From a virus: 64,000 nucleotides of DNA. Location of the stretch: the IMG/VR virus record IMGVR_UViG_3300021400_000026, one strand, 5' to 3'. Position numbers and translations under genes: made by a program. Under the pieces are notes generated by a model that was given only the letters and a program-made list of their open reading frames with translations, searched no databases and was not told the DNA's origin. Below, one piece after another: positions 25,428 to 35,616 of the stretch; positions within the stretch are counted from its first letter, which is position 1, and every line of letters starts with the position of its first letter.

Positions 25428-26663
25428 ATGAGCATAACAAAAGTAACAAGTGCAATCGTATGGGACCATCGGGGGCGTGTCGCCGAGGGTGGCAAGGGCC
25501 AGGTGGAGATCCGTGTGACGGTGGCCAGAAAGTCGTACCATTTCGGCACTGGTGTGAAGTGCTACAAGAACGAATTGGTGGCAGGGCAACTGTTAGACTG
25601 CCCTGGTAAGGATGAACTAAACCGCAAGATTGGAATCATATATAACAAGGTACTCGCGCTTGTGAATGCGTGCGTGGACGCGGGCGAACCTATTAATACC
25701 GAAGAGATACGGCGGCAGGTGTGGCAGACGGTGGAGGCGCAGTCGGACGAGCCTGTGTTCATGGACTGGCTGGCGGAGCAGGTGCCGGAGCTGGGCGTGT
25801 CTGAGGGTACACGGAAGCACTATGACCCGCTGCTGGTACGGCTGGAGGCTTTCGGGCGGATGAAGCGGTGGCAGGATGTGACCGTCGAGAATATCGCCAA
25901 CTTCGATGCGTGGTTGCATTGTATCACAAAGCCTTTGAGCGATGCCAGGCGCAAAGCTGGTGCCAAGCCTGAAAAGCTGAGCGATGCCGCTATTTATAAC
26001 TACCACAAGTGTCTGAAGGCTCTGCTCAACCGTGCGCTGTCGTTTGGAAAGATTGACGCAAACCCTTATGACCGCCTGAAGGGGAAGTTCAAGCGAGGTG
26101 AAAAAGAAAACGTGGAATATCTCACTGAGGAAGAAATGAAACGTTTCGAGGCTATCATACTGCCGAAAGGTTCAGAACTTGATGTCGTGCATGATCTCTT
26201 CATCTTCCAGATGTTCACGGGTCTGCCTTACTCTGATATGCAGGCCTTCGACGTATCAGATTATAAATGGGATGGCAAAGCATGGAAGCATGTCGGCGAA
26301 CGCATAAAGACTGGTGTGCCGTATGTTTCACAACTTCTCCCTCCGGCGGTGAAGATTCTCGAAAAGTATGGTTGGGAAATCCCGCAGTTATCCAATGCCG
26401 ACTATAACCGCCACTTGAAGGCACTCGGACAGATGGCTGGTATCAAGACACGGCTTCACTCACACCTCGCCCGTCACACCTTCGCCACCTACATGCTGCG
26501 CAATGGGGTGAAGATCGAAAATGTCTCGAAGATGCTCGGACACACGAATATCACGCAGACGCAACGCTATGCGAAGGTGCTGGCGGAGTCGGTGCATGAG
26601 GACTTCGACATGATAGCAGAGAAGCTCGAAACGAAGAAACGGAAAAGAATGTCTAACCCTTAA
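25428..26663 (+). CDS. int: tyrosine recombinase / phage integrase
   Basis: 411 aa. The C-terminal HLARHTFATYMLRNGVKIENVSKMLGHTNITQTQRYAKV carries the H-x-x-R ... H ... Y catalytic pattern. Confidence 0.9.
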   Translation: MSITKVTSAIVWDHRGRVAEGGKGQVEIRVTVARKSYHFGTGVKCYKNELVAGQLLDCPGKDELNRKIGIIYNKVLALVNACVDAGEPINTEEIRRQVWQTVEAQSDEPVFMDWLAEQVPELGVSEGTRKHYDPLLVRLEAFGRMKRWQDVTVENIANFDAWLHCITKPLSDARRKAGAKPEKLSDAAIYNYHKCLKALLNRALSFGKIDANPYDRLKGKFKRGEKENVEYLTEEEMKRFEAIILPKGSELDVVHDLFIFQMFTGLPYSDMQAFDVSDYKWDGKAWKHVGERIKTGVPYVSQLLPPAVKILEKYGWEIPQLSNADYNRHLKALGQMAGIKTRLHSHLARHTFATYMLRNGVKIENVSKMLGHTNITQTQRYAKVLAESVHEDFDMIAEKLETKKRKRMSNP

Positions 26664-26675
26664 AATATAAAAGCT

Positions 26676-27245
26676 ATGACACTATTTTTATTTGCACTGT
26701 TGGCCGTCTGTATCCTTGTGGCTTTTGCCGTGTTCAGTCATGGAAACAGTAAAACCGTCAAAGAGAATGTTAATCAAGATGAGGAATTGATTGCAAATGC
26801 CGTCGGATTCCTAACCAAAGCGGAAGCACTTCGGCAGGCTGAAGTTGCAGGGAATGAACTCGTGAGGGGTGCAATACTCAGCAATACCTACACGGGTCCA
26901 TGGCCTGAGCGTCGTGCTGATGGCGGTTATCTAAGTATCTTCGATAACCTCCGCATCCTGAAGGTGGCTGGCATGAATTTCAGGCATGGCATGAATCGTT
27001 ACAAAGGCTTTATCGATGCAGCTCTGGTGCCAGAACCGAAAAACGAGTACGATAAGAATGCCATCAAGGTAGTTTCTATCGACGGACACCACCTTGGTTA
27101 TGTACCAACCGAACAGACCGACTTCGTGCGCTCGCTCACTGCCAATGAATTTCCGTACAAATGCAAATGCGAGGTCTGTGAAGGTTTTGATGATGACGAT
27201 GAAAAGTGTTACTTTGGCTACGTCTACATCAAGCGGCTCGACTGA
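26676..27245 (+). CDS. membrane-anchored HIRAN-domain protein
   Basis: N-terminal TM (LFLFALLAVCILVAFAVF). HIRAN-like LVPEPKNEYDKNAIKVVSIDGHHLGYVP. Confidence 0.65.
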   Translation: MTLFLFALLAVCILVAFAVFSHGNSKTVKENVNQDEELIANAVGFLTKAEALRQAEVAGNELVRGAILSNTYTGPWPERRADGGYLSIFDNLRILKVAGMNFRHGMNRYKGFIDAALVPEPKNEYDKNAIKVVSIDGHHLGYVPTEQTDFVRSLTANEFPYKCKCEVCEGFDDDDEKCYFGYVYIKRLD

Positions 27246-27311
27246 AAAGGACAAAGGGGAGTGCTGTGTGCTCCCCTCCCTTAAATATAAACTATTTAAA
27301 ACAAAACGACT

Positions 27312-28226
27312 ATGAAAAAAGTGTTTAACCTGTCGCACCGCGACAAACTCGTTGTGAATCTCTTGCTGGGCGTGATTGCCCTCAGTCTCTTAAACCTCTG
27401 CCTTTCGTCGTGCAACCGCACTGACGGCGAAGAAAATGCTACAGCCAAAGTGAATGTCGCATGGGCTGACACGCTCGAAAAGAAAACCGTCACCTTCGAC
27501 TTCACAGGCTTGCGGGCAAAGACTCGCGCCACGCTGACGGAGCTCACGATGACAGACCTCTGGATTTTTGACTACATGGGCGATGTCTTCCAGCAATCCG
27601 TCCACCAAGCGAGCACAGATGCCACCTTCGGTTCTCCGTCGCTCTCGCTCGATTATGGCGAACACACCTTCTACTTCGTCGCCTCTCGCGGATCTGATCC
27701 CGTCGTTGATACCGATGCAAAGACTATCACATGGGGCAGTGTGCGTGATACGTTTCATGGCTCCCTGTCGCTCAATGTTCAACCCAATTCAGGCAGCAGC
27801 CAGCCTGTGTCGCTCTCGCGCTGCGTCGGTCGTCTGCGAGTCAGTGCGACTGATGTCGTTCCAGATGGGGCTGCAAAGCTCGTGGTGTCACCTTCCTCAT
27901 GGTATTATGGCCTGAATTATCAGTCGGGCGAATGTGTGGCCGATTCGCCGACACCTTTGGTCGTCAATATCCCCAGCAGCTATATCGGTACCACGAAACT
28001 CGCCGCCTCGTTCTATACCATCAGCAGCGCGTCACCCTGGCAGACGGATATGACCGTTGCGCTCGTGGCCACAGACGAGAGCACCATCGGCAGCGTGACC
28101 ATCTCTGACATGCCGATACAGCGTAACCATGTCACCTCCTACGCTGGTGGCATCGTCGGTGCTGGTCGCACGCTGAATCTTGGCAGTGATGATGAGTGGG
28201 TGGAGGACGAGACCGTCAACTGGTAA
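27312..28226 (+). CDS. lipoprotein (fimbrillin/Mfa2-like suspected)
   Basis: Signal peptide plus lipobox LSSC. 304 aa and beta-rich. Confidence 0.5.
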   Translation: MKKVFNLSHRDKLVVNLLLGVIALSLLNLCLSSCNRTDGEENATAKVNVAWADTLEKKTVTFDFTGLRAKTRATLTELTMTDLWIFDYMGDVFQQSVHQASTDATFGSPSLSLDYGEHTFYFVASRGSDPVVDTDAKTITWGSVRDTFHGSLSLNVQPNSGSSQPVSLSRCVGRLRVSATDVVPDGAAKLVVSPSSWYYGLNYQSGECVADSPTPLVVNIPSSYIGTTKLAASFYTISSASPWQTDMTVALVATDESTIGSVTISDMPIQRNHVTSYAGGIVGAGRTLNLGSDDEWVEDETVNW

Positions 28227-28310
28227 TAAAAACGGGGAGGCCGCTGCCTCCCCCAACTTATCACCATTTACAATAATAAGAAAAATTAAAATACAAACTA
28301 AACTATTACT

Positions 28311-28814
28311 CTATAATAAACCAAATATTAAAACTGTTGCAAAACATGTCATCTCTGCCCAGAACATGGCCGTGTGCCACTTTCCGTCTTTGGTGATCCA
28401 TACGAAGGCCACCAGCCAAGGCACCCATGCGTACATGAACCAGGGATTCGTCACGATGACGCAAATCTGTGAGAGTACCCCGCAGGCAATAGCAGCCCCC
28501 ATGTGGACGCCATAGGAGCCGTCGCCGTCGTCGGGATTGCCTGGCTTACCCATCAGCGGACAGACGGCCACGAAAGCGAGTGCTGCACAGGCAAGGAACG
28601 CCAGCCACTGGATGGCGGGAATGGTCTTCGACACGAATGGCGGGATGGTGCAAAGCGCGATGATGGCGATGACTGCCGTCCATAGCCATTGCCCTTTCGT
28701 AGGCAGGTAATAGACTGACTCGCTCAGCGAGTTCGGTATCTGTTTGTTGACGGCGATGACCACCGCCACGTAGATAGCCAGCACGAAGGCTGCAATGATG
28801 ATGAGTGTATTCAT
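28311..28814 (-). CDS. polytopic membrane protein (paralog of 37025..37537)
   Basis: 167 aa with ~5 TM segments. Shares LP.KG.WLWTAVIA and FWAEM.CFA motifs with the paralog. Confidence 0.7.
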   Translation of the reverse strand: MNTLIIIAAFVLAIYVAVVIAVNKQIPNSLSESVYYLPTKGQWLWTAVIAIIALCTIPPFVSKTIPAIQWLAFLACAALAFVAVCPLMGKPGNPDDGDGSYGVHMGAAIACGVLSQICVIVTNPWFMYAWVPWLVAFVWITKDGKWHTAMFWAEMTCFATVLIFGLL

Positions 28815-28887
28815 ATACCTTTTATTTCTTGTATCTGATAATCGTGCGTTTCATGTTCTTGGGTTTACTGGCGGCAGGAATCAGGGT

Positions 28888-30120
28888 TTAACTTTCTGGT
28901 GTAGGCCCGTCCGTCACTTGTGCCGTTTTTGCTGATGCGCCAGAACTGAAGAACACAACGCCAGAGAGCGTCACGATGGTCATTCGCGTCGACTTGATGT
29001 GACTCGAACCAGCAGAGCCGAAATCGTGGTCTGCCGTGCCTGCATAGCTTGAGCCTGCTGCAAGGTTTATTGAGTTTGTCAAGTCCTGCGTGTAGTCCAC
29101 TGTATAGTCTTCTTTCAGATACTCGATGGTCATCTTCGTGATGGTCACGTTGTAGTCGCTCATGGCGTTATCCAGTGTAAAGCTGTTGCGGATGATTCTT
29201 GGCTTCGACTCGTCTCTGTATGATGAGAGGAACAGCACTTTCACGTCTGCCCATCTGATTTGTATATGCACTCTTTGTGGCTCCACCAGCGCGATGTAGT
29301 TGCTTTGTGTGGTCGTAGTCGTCACCATCTTATAGATGTCGCGCTGATTTGGCGACTGTGATCCACGTATGATGTCCGCGCTGGCGAATGGGAAGATGTC
29401 GTAGTCGCCCTCTATCTGTGGGTCTTCAGTATAGGCGTGAACGCTTGCACCCATCTGCTGAAACGAAACCATCGTATCGTTCTGCGTGATGGTGTATAGT
29501 TTCTTCAGGCTTGCGCTTGTCTGTCGGTTCCACAGTGAAAAGCCGAAATACATGTTGTAGACCGAATATCCTCCCATCTGCAAGTCCTCGTATTTCACGG
29601 TCAGCCCTTCGCTCACGCCTTCCTCGTTCTTCTCGAATATGAATGTCATGTACCCGCCAGGCGATACTTCAACCGTCGAATACTTGAGATTGCCGAGCGG
29701 CTCTTTGGCGCGTTTGAAGTAGCCTTTCGAACTACTGTCAGTCGGGTCTTCAATCAGGTCGCTCAGTCTGAAGGCCGTCTGCGGTCGTGTGTAGCTCCAA
29801 TATTCGGGCACAACGCCTATTTCTGGCGCATTGCTTGGACTGGTGTCGATACCAAACCAGAAGTTGAGCATTCGTCCCAGTTGCTTCGTATTCCAATAGG
29901 GGATGTTCCCGATGCCGTAGTTCACCGACATGCGCTGGTATTCGTTCAGGGCAAATCCGTAAGGCCCGCTGAGGTAATACTCCACAGGCTTGTATCTCGC
30001 CCATCGGTTGATGTCGCCGTGCTTGAACAAGTCTTGCAAGTCGTCTGTCTGATAGTCAAACGCATCGCAAGCGTCGTCAAGCGTGTAAGGCAGCGAAATG
30101 ATGTCGTTACTGAATCCCAT
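28888..30120 (-). CDS. hypothetical virion (tail-tip region) protein
   Basis: 410 aa, the last gene of the tail block. Confidence 0.6.
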   Translation of the reverse strand: MGFSNDIISLPYTLDDACDAFDYQTDDLQDLFKHGDINRWARYKPVEYYLSGPYGFALNEYQRMSVNYGIGNIPYWNTKQLGRMLNFWFGIDTSPSNAPEIGVVPEYWSYTRPQTAFRLSDLIEDPTDSSSKGYFKRAKEPLGNLKYSTVEVSPGGYMTFIFEKNEEGVSEGLTVKYEDLQMGGYSVYNMYFGFSLWNRQTSASLKKLYTITQNDTMVSFQQMGASVHAYTEDPQIEGDYDIFPFASADIIRGSQSPNQRDIYKMVTTTTTQSNYIALVEPQRVHIQIRWADVKVLFLSSYRDESKPRIIRNSFTLDNAMSDYNVTITKMTIEYLKEDYTVDYTQDLTNSINLAAGSSYAGTADHDFGSAGSSHIKSTRMTIVTLSGVVFFSSGASAKTAQVTDGPTPES

Positions 30121-30865
30121 GATCTTTCAACAGTTTTTTGATTTCACGTAGTTCTCGGGCGACGGATATGACAGCTACGAGTGCCGCCGTGCCGTACTGC
30201 ATGGAGAGATTGCCTTCATGGTCTTCGCACACCACCTGTGGCATCACATCACGCCAGTATTGGGCGATGGTGCCCACGTGCTCGGTATCTCCCTGTCTGT
30301 CGCGCCACTTGAAGAGCACGGCTGGCGCATCGGCTATCTTGTCGAGGTCGAGCACCATCTCTTTGCTGACGATTTTCTTCCTTTCGTCTGACACGACCGA
30401 TACGGCTGAGTCGGCAAAGAAGTTTTCAGCCCTTACGGTCACGCCACTGCGAGAGCTCCTGCCGTTGCCGAAGTCGTATTCCGTGATGGCTGATGATAGC
30501 TGGCCACCTTGACGACTGCCGTAGTTGAACCACATCTTATTGCTGCTCGGTGTGGTGTCACAGATATTGAACTCGTTGGCACTTGGTGAGCCTGTTATCA
30601 CATCCTGCACGCCCGTCCAAGGCACTTCGTCGGCTTCGTCGGCATGAACCGCTTTAGGTGCCTTCTCCTGATTCTTCCACTTCTCATCAGTGGCGTTATA
30701 TACGAGCACGTCGCCGTCGGCCTCATTCTCTATCGCCGTGTCGCGGAGTTGCTTCAGCGATCTTACGCCCTCGCCTCCACCGCCTACAGAGTTGCCGCCC
30801 TTAGCGTTGCTCACGTAGGAGTTGTTTTTTCCTACTCGCTTGATGTACTCTCTCGAAATCTTCAT
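30107..30865 (-). CDS. tail fibre/spike protein with S74-like intramolecular chaperone domain
   Basis: Trimmed to MKISREYIK (ATGA overlap at 30862-30865). C-terminal SDERKKIV... segment. Confidence 0.6.
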   Translation of the reverse strand: MKISREYIKRVGKNNSYVSNAKGGNSVGGGGEGVRSLKQLRDTAIENEADGDVLVYNATDEKWKNQEKAPKAVHADEADEVPWTGVQDVITGSPSANEFNICDTTPSSNKMWFNYGSRQGGQLSSAITEYDFGNGRSSRSGVTVRAENFFADSAVSVVSDERKKIVSKEMVLDLDKIADAPAVLFKWRDRQGDTEHVGTIAQYWRDVMPQVVCEDHEGNLSMQYGTAALVAVISVARELREIKKLLKDHGIQ

Positions 30866-32817
30866 AGCTGCATGATTTTTAGTGTCGTGATATTGTCGCG
30901 CCAGCGGTGGCTGATGGCCACGGGGTAGAAGTCCGCACTTTCGAGGCTTACCTTGTAGTCGGGCCCTATGCTGTTTGTGAGGTTCGTCCACAGGTCTATC
31001 TGTAGGCTCCGTCGGATGGTTGAACCGTAGGCTGCAATCAGGTCGGCAACGTGCTGCTCTGGCTTCAGCTGTGTGGTGCCAAATGGGATTGTGTTTGCCA
31101 CGATGTTGCCGCTGTAGACGAGTCCATATCCAGCCTGGCATCTGAAAGTCTTCGCATTGACGGTATTGGTCTTGTCTGATGAGAAGATGGTGTCTACGTT
31201 CACGTCGTCTGGGAAGCTGCCGCCGTTGGCGGTGTATTCCTTGTCGTTCAGGTCGTCCTCTTCGCCGTTTCTCACAAAACCTATCTTGAAGTCCATCAGT
31301 GGGAAGTAGCCGTTCCAATAGTTCTGATTCCTGAATACATCATCGACGGCAAAATAAATCTTTCCTATTATAGGCGCGGTGATTGGGATTCCCATGCCGT
31401 CGTAGTCAGCATTATTGTAAATCGTGTCTGTGTTCTCGATTCCATTGTCCTTCATCGACAGCTTGAATTTGCTGGCAGTCGATGTCCACGCCGTGCCATT
31501 CCAGTAAAGGTCACCAATCTTCAGTGTGCATTGTCCGGCATGGTCTTCTGAAATTTCAGTATCTTCGTAGTCTGCACGGCCTGATATGTAGAGCACGCCG
31601 TCACCTAATATGACCGCACCCTGACTCTCCATCGAGAAGAGCGGAGTTGTGCTTCTTCTGTTGCCATAGTCCTCTGAGATGAAGCACTCATAGCATTTGT
31701 TCCAGCTGAATTTCTTCTTGTCATCTTCCGTATTGTCGTCGAAGGCTGCGAAACGACCATAGCACATCGGAATGCCTGCGCCTTCCTGCTGTTCTGCGTA
31801 TGACGTAATCTTTATCATCGCATTCTCATAGTTGATGACTCCGCGATACAGTAGCCACACTTCCGTTGGCTCTGTCGGCTCGTTTCTCCACCGCTCAGCT
31901 CTTGTCGGTGTGTCGTACTTATACGGCCTACAGATGTCGTCGTATGGTATTTCCATGATGACATCATAGGGATTCAACTCGGGGCTGACGGTAACTTTTT
32001 TCACGCCTGGAATGTACTCTTCGGAATGGTCGGTGCTGGCAAACATCGCGTCGGTCAGCGCGAGGCTCTTCATTGTGACGGGCGTGAACACAGGCGACGC
32101 GGCCTGCAACTGAGCCAACGGGCATGAGAGCCACCGCTGGTTGCGCAATCCGTCGGTGATGGCCGTGAAGTAGACACCGGCCCCACTCGTGCGGCACGTC
32201 CAACCGAAGAACTTGCACAGCTCCTGTAGCAGTCCCAGACATGTGAAGCGCGAGGTCAGTTCCACGCCGTTCTCTGTCAGGAAGTTGCGCCACGACAGCT
32301 TGTAAGCCAGCCATGCGCGAATGTCGTTGTCGGTCGATGATGATGCGTGGAAGTAGAAGGTGTAGCTCAGTCCAGTCAGCTTCGAGAAGATGTAATAGAG
32401 TAATTGTCCGAGCGTCACCATGTCGGCAGGCCCCGTCACTTCCACGTCGAATGAGTCGAGGGCTGACAGTCCGCAGATCAGCGGCAACTCAAACTCATTG
32501 TAGATGGCTGGGTAGGTCGTGCCGTAGGTTCCTGTCTGCACATAGCCCTGCCAGCGGATGGTGCTGCCCTGATAGAGCTTTACGGGCATGGCTGTTGCCG
32601 ACGATGGGATGAACTGCCGCCACGTCGTATTGTCTTCTGCCACCATACGGACGTAGCCGCTTTGCGTCCTCACTGGCATAAACATGTCAGTGTCGGCATC
32701 TTCCTGAGTCTCTATCGGTTCCGATGAGAGTTTTGGCGATGTCGCTGGCGTCACGCCTCCGATGTTCAGCGTGAAGGTTGTGCCGTCGAGTGCTACGAAG
32801 TTCTGCTGATATGCCAT
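30862..32817 (-). CDS. large tail-tip/baseplate protein
   Basis: 651 aa, in the position after the tape measure and a Dit-like gene. Confidence 0.6.
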   Translation of the reverse strand: MAYQQNFVALDGTTFTLNIGGVTPATSPKLSSEPIETQEDADTDMFMPVRTQSGYVRMVAEDNTTWRQFIPSSATAMPVKLYQGSTIRWQGYVQTGTYGTTYPAIYNEFELPLICGLSALDSFDVEVTGPADMVTLGQLLYYIFSKLTGLSYTFYFHASSSTDNDIRAWLAYKLSWRNFLTENGVELTSRFTCLGLLQELCKFFGWTCRTSGAGVYFTAITDGLRNQRWLSCPLAQLQAASPVFTPVTMKSLALTDAMFASTDHSEEYIPGVKKVTVSPELNPYDVIMEIPYDDICRPYKYDTPTRAERWRNEPTEPTEVWLLYRGVINYENAMIKITSYAEQQEGAGIPMCYGRFAAFDDNTEDDKKKFSWNKCYECFISEDYGNRRSTTPLFSMESQGAVILGDGVLYISGRADYEDTEISEDHAGQCTLKIGDLYWNGTAWTSTASKFKLSMKDNGIENTDTIYNNADYDGMGIPITAPIIGKIYFAVDDVFRNQNYWNGYFPLMDFKIGFVRNGEEDDLNDKEYTANGGSFPDDVNVDTIFSSDKTNTVNAKTFRCQAGYGLVYSGNIVANTIPFGTTQLKPEQHVADLIAAYGSTIRRSLQIDLWTNLTNSIGPDYKVSLESADFYPVAISHRWRDNITTLKIMQL

Positions 32818-32854
32818 AGTCTTTTTTTTCTGTCAATAAAACATTGTCGTGGGT

Positions 32855-33238
32855 TCACTCTGTATAGAACGGGCAGCGTCCCGTCCCCTTGAACTTGACC
32901 GTACCTTCGGCGAGATTGCCGACGGCTCCATTCAGGTCGGCCTGCTGACAGATCACCGTCCCCGTGCGCCGCTGGTCACCCACTACGACACTGATGGTGT
33001 ACTTGTGGCGCACCTTCAGCAGTCCCTCAAACGGTTCGCCGGCAGTCACCAGGTGATTGAGCGATACGCTCCAGTCGTCGCGTCCTGGCACATAATCGCG
33101 GGCTTCCGCCGTCGATGGGGATGCAGTCTCTATCAGGTCGGTCTGATAACTGATGCTGCACGTCTTGGCGGCTGCGATGATCTGGGTTGTCCCCGTCGAG
33201 CCCTGGTATATGAAAATGTTTTTCCCGAGAATTGCCAT
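32855..33238 (-). CDS. tail-tube-fold / distal tail protein candidate
   Basis: Trimmed to MAILGKNIF. Sequence pattern resembles the two tube paralogs at 38.4-39.3 kb. Confidence 0.5.
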   Translation of the reverse strand: MAILGKNIFIYQGSTGTTQIIAAAKTCSISYQTDLIETASPSTAEARDYVPGRDDWSVSLNHLVTAGEPFEGLLKVRHKYTISVVVGDQRRTGTVICQQADLNGAVGNLAEGTVKFKGTGRCPFYTE

Positions 33239-33255
33239 ATTTCTTCTGTTTATCG

Positions 33256-35613
33256 TTACTTCCAAGTCAAGATTGTTCCGCGACCAGTCCGTCGGGTATA
33301 GCGGTCAGACGACAGGAAGATGGTCTCGCCTGACAATCGCCCGAACACTTCTATCCGGCTGTTGCCGCCTTCACTCAGTGCGTTTGCTACCCCGCGCTGC
33401 TGGGCAGCGTTAAGCACAACCTCGCCTGCATTCAGACCGACGAAACCGCCTGCGCCTCCATCCACCATGCCTCCGATGTTGTCACCGCTGTAAGAGTTGC
33501 CATTGATGACACCACCCTGAGCGTAACCGGTCGAAGAGTGGATTTGTGAGATCATCGTTATCATGGTAGCGAGACCAGATACTGCGAAGGCTGCCCATAC
33601 CCACGGGTTGCCTGTCTGAGAGGCCGCAACGGTCGCTTGTGCATAACCGAGAGCGACGCTGGCGACAGCCTGCGCTATTGTGCCCATGACTTTGGCGGCT
33701 GGGTCTTCAATGGCATTGAAAGCGTCACCGATACTGCCTACCACGTCGGCTGTCATGCTGGCTGCTTTGGCAATGGCTTTCACGTCCTTCGTCGTTGTCT
33801 CAATGGGGATTTCTATCGGATTTAATTTCAAGTCAGACAATTTCTCCTGTATGCCAGTCATCCATGTTTCAAAGGCTATATCTGAACTGATAGGTATCTC
33901 AACAGCCTTGCCGTCTGGCGTATTGCCAAGCAGTTTGCCTGCGGCATTCTCTTTTTGCAACCCCATCTCGTTCTGCATAGACTTCAGCTTGGCTTCTGCC
34001 TCGACGAGTGGCTGAAGATATTTATCGCGTACACTTGCGCCGGATTCGTTCCATTGTTTTGTCAGGTCTTGCACCAACTTCTGCTGGGCAACGATGCTGT
34101 CTGAGGCATAGGTGACTTCAGACGTCGTATTGCTACCTTTGCCACCACCAGAACGACCGCCTCCGCCAACTCCTGAAGCAGTAGGCTCATAGGGCGATGG
34201 AACCTTGTTGTGTAATTCTTGTGCCCGCTTTACATATTCCTCCCTCATCTTCAGAGCTCCGTCGAGTTCAGTCTGAAGTTTTGCCTTTGCACTTTTAGCA
34301 ACGCTGCTGTTGTCGCCACCGTAGGCAGCTATCTGGAATCGTTTATTGTTGATGTATTTATCAAACTCGCCCAACTGTTGTTGATAGATGCTATATGCGC
34401 CTGCCGATTTACCGTTACCAAGTCGGCCTATCATTCGGTCAACCTTAGACCCTCCGCCAAGCCTGTTGAATCCTGCCGTAGATCGTGCGCCCTGTCCGAG
34501 TGCGCCTGCTTCCGAAAGTGCTTGGATAAGGGGTTTTACGGCGGTGTTCAGGGCATTCAATGCGCCAACCTTGATGGAGTTCCACAGACTATTGCTTGCA
34601 TCTGTCAGCGGTTGAAGCGTATTGCCCAGGCCTGTCATGGCGTTAGTCAATTCCACGTTGGCTTTTGTGGCCCTGTCGGCTGCGGTTTCCACGTAGTCGC
34701 CAGCCTTGGCCATCTGCTCACGGATAATGGCACCGACGGCCTTGGTCATGTCGCCCGTCTCGGCCATCTTATCCTTGACTTCGGTGGCACTCAGTCCGAG
34801 GTTATCAAGAATCATGAGCGACTTGCGGCCGAGACCTGTCACGATGGAGTCCACCATGTAGTCTACCGATTGCCCAGTGTCCTTGGCTTTCTGCTGGGCA
34901 AAGGCGAGCATCGTGCCGAGTTCGTCGAGCGGCAGCTTGAAGTCGTTGAACTTTACGGCGGCTTTCATCAGTTCGATGTCGGTCACGGTGCCGTGGGTAG
35001 CCTGGCGCAATCCGTCGAGGATGTCACCGCGCCCCAGTCGCTCGAAGGCGATGCGGATGCCCTCACCCTGCTTGGCCAGTTCCACGCCCTGCTTCACCAT
35101 GTCGCCCATCTCGCTGGCCAGCCCTGCAAGCATGCCGGCTCCTTTGGTCATCAGATTACCACCGAACACCTGCAAGGCTCCAGACATCTTGTCGCCTATG
35201 CCGGAGAGGAAGCCACCGCCTTTCATATCGGGCATTTTCATGTCGCCCAGCGACTTGTTTATGCCCTCCATTTCGGCCTTTGCCTGACGGAACTTTTCTT
35301 TGATTTGATCAATGCTATTCAAGTAGTCTTGACCGATAGTCTTCTTCTGGGCCTCGCTCATGCGGTTGTACTGCATGGTCAGTTGCTCGATGGTCGCCTT
35401 GTAGTCGTTCATCTGCCCTTTGGCGGTCTTGGCCGTCGAGTCCATCTGTCCCATCATCTGCACGAACTTCTGCATCTTCTGGCTCTCCTTGTCGAGAGCC
35501 TGCTGAAGTCCGCCGTTGGCCTGGGTGAAGTTGTCGAGTGCCGACTTCGCCTTCTTCAGACCGGCATCCCATTGGCCGGTGCCTACCGCCAGTTCAAGAA
35601 CTGATTTTGCCAT
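33256..35613 (-). CDS. tape measure protein
   Basis: 785 aa with a coiled-coil N-half, Gly-rich runs (GGGGRSGGGKG) and a hydrophobic C-terminal segment. Confidence 0.8.
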   Translation of the reverse strand: MAKSVLELAVGTGQWDAGLKKAKSALDNFTQANGGLQQALDKESQKMQKFVQMMGQMDSTAKTAKGQMNDYKATIEQLTMQYNRMSEAQKKTIGQDYLNSIDQIKEKFRQAKAEMEGINKSLGDMKMPDMKGGGFLSGIGDKMSGALQVFGGNLMTKGAGMLAGLASEMGDMVKQGVELAKQGEGIRIAFERLGRGDILDGLRQATHGTVTDIELMKAAVKFNDFKLPLDELGTMLAFAQQKAKDTGQSVDYMVDSIVTGLGRKSLMILDNLGLSATEVKDKMAETGDMTKAVGAIIREQMAKAGDYVETAADRATKANVELTNAMTGLGNTLQPLTDASNSLWNSIKVGALNALNTAVKPLIQALSEAGALGQGARSTAGFNRLGGGSKVDRMIGRLGNGKSAGAYSIYQQQLGEFDKYINNKRFQIAAYGGDNSSVAKSAKAKLQTELDGALKMREEYVKRAQELHNKVPSPYEPTASGVGGGGRSGGGKGSNTTSEVTYASDSIVAQQKLVQDLTKQWNESGASVRDKYLQPLVEAEAKLKSMQNEMGLQKENAAGKLLGNTPDGKAVEIPISSDIAFETWMTGIQEKLSDLKLNPIEIPIETTTKDVKAIAKAASMTADVVGSIGDAFNAIEDPAAKVMGTIAQAVASVALGYAQATVAASQTGNPWVWAAFAVSGLATMITMISQIHSSTGYAQGGVINGNSYSGDNIGGMVDGGAGGFVGLNAGEVVLNAAQQRGVANALSEGGNSRIEVFGRLSGETIFLSSDRYTRRTGRGTILTWK

Positions 35614-35616
35614 ATC

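Noticed and set aside
30866-31318. N-terminal extension of the fibre ORF (track 30107..31318)
   Set aside because: The extension is Arg/His/Gln-rich and overlaps the C-terminus of 30862..32817 in another frame. An ATGA-coupled start at 30865 (MKISREY) fits better.
34219-35604. 461-aa plus-strand ORF; likewise 42605..43927 (440 aa), 48366..49754 (462 aa) and 15776..16597
   Set aside because: These are mirror ORFs antisense to the tape measure, capsid, RT and primase genes. They are rich in Leu/Val/Gly/His and lack motifs, while the minus-strand partners have clear family signatures.
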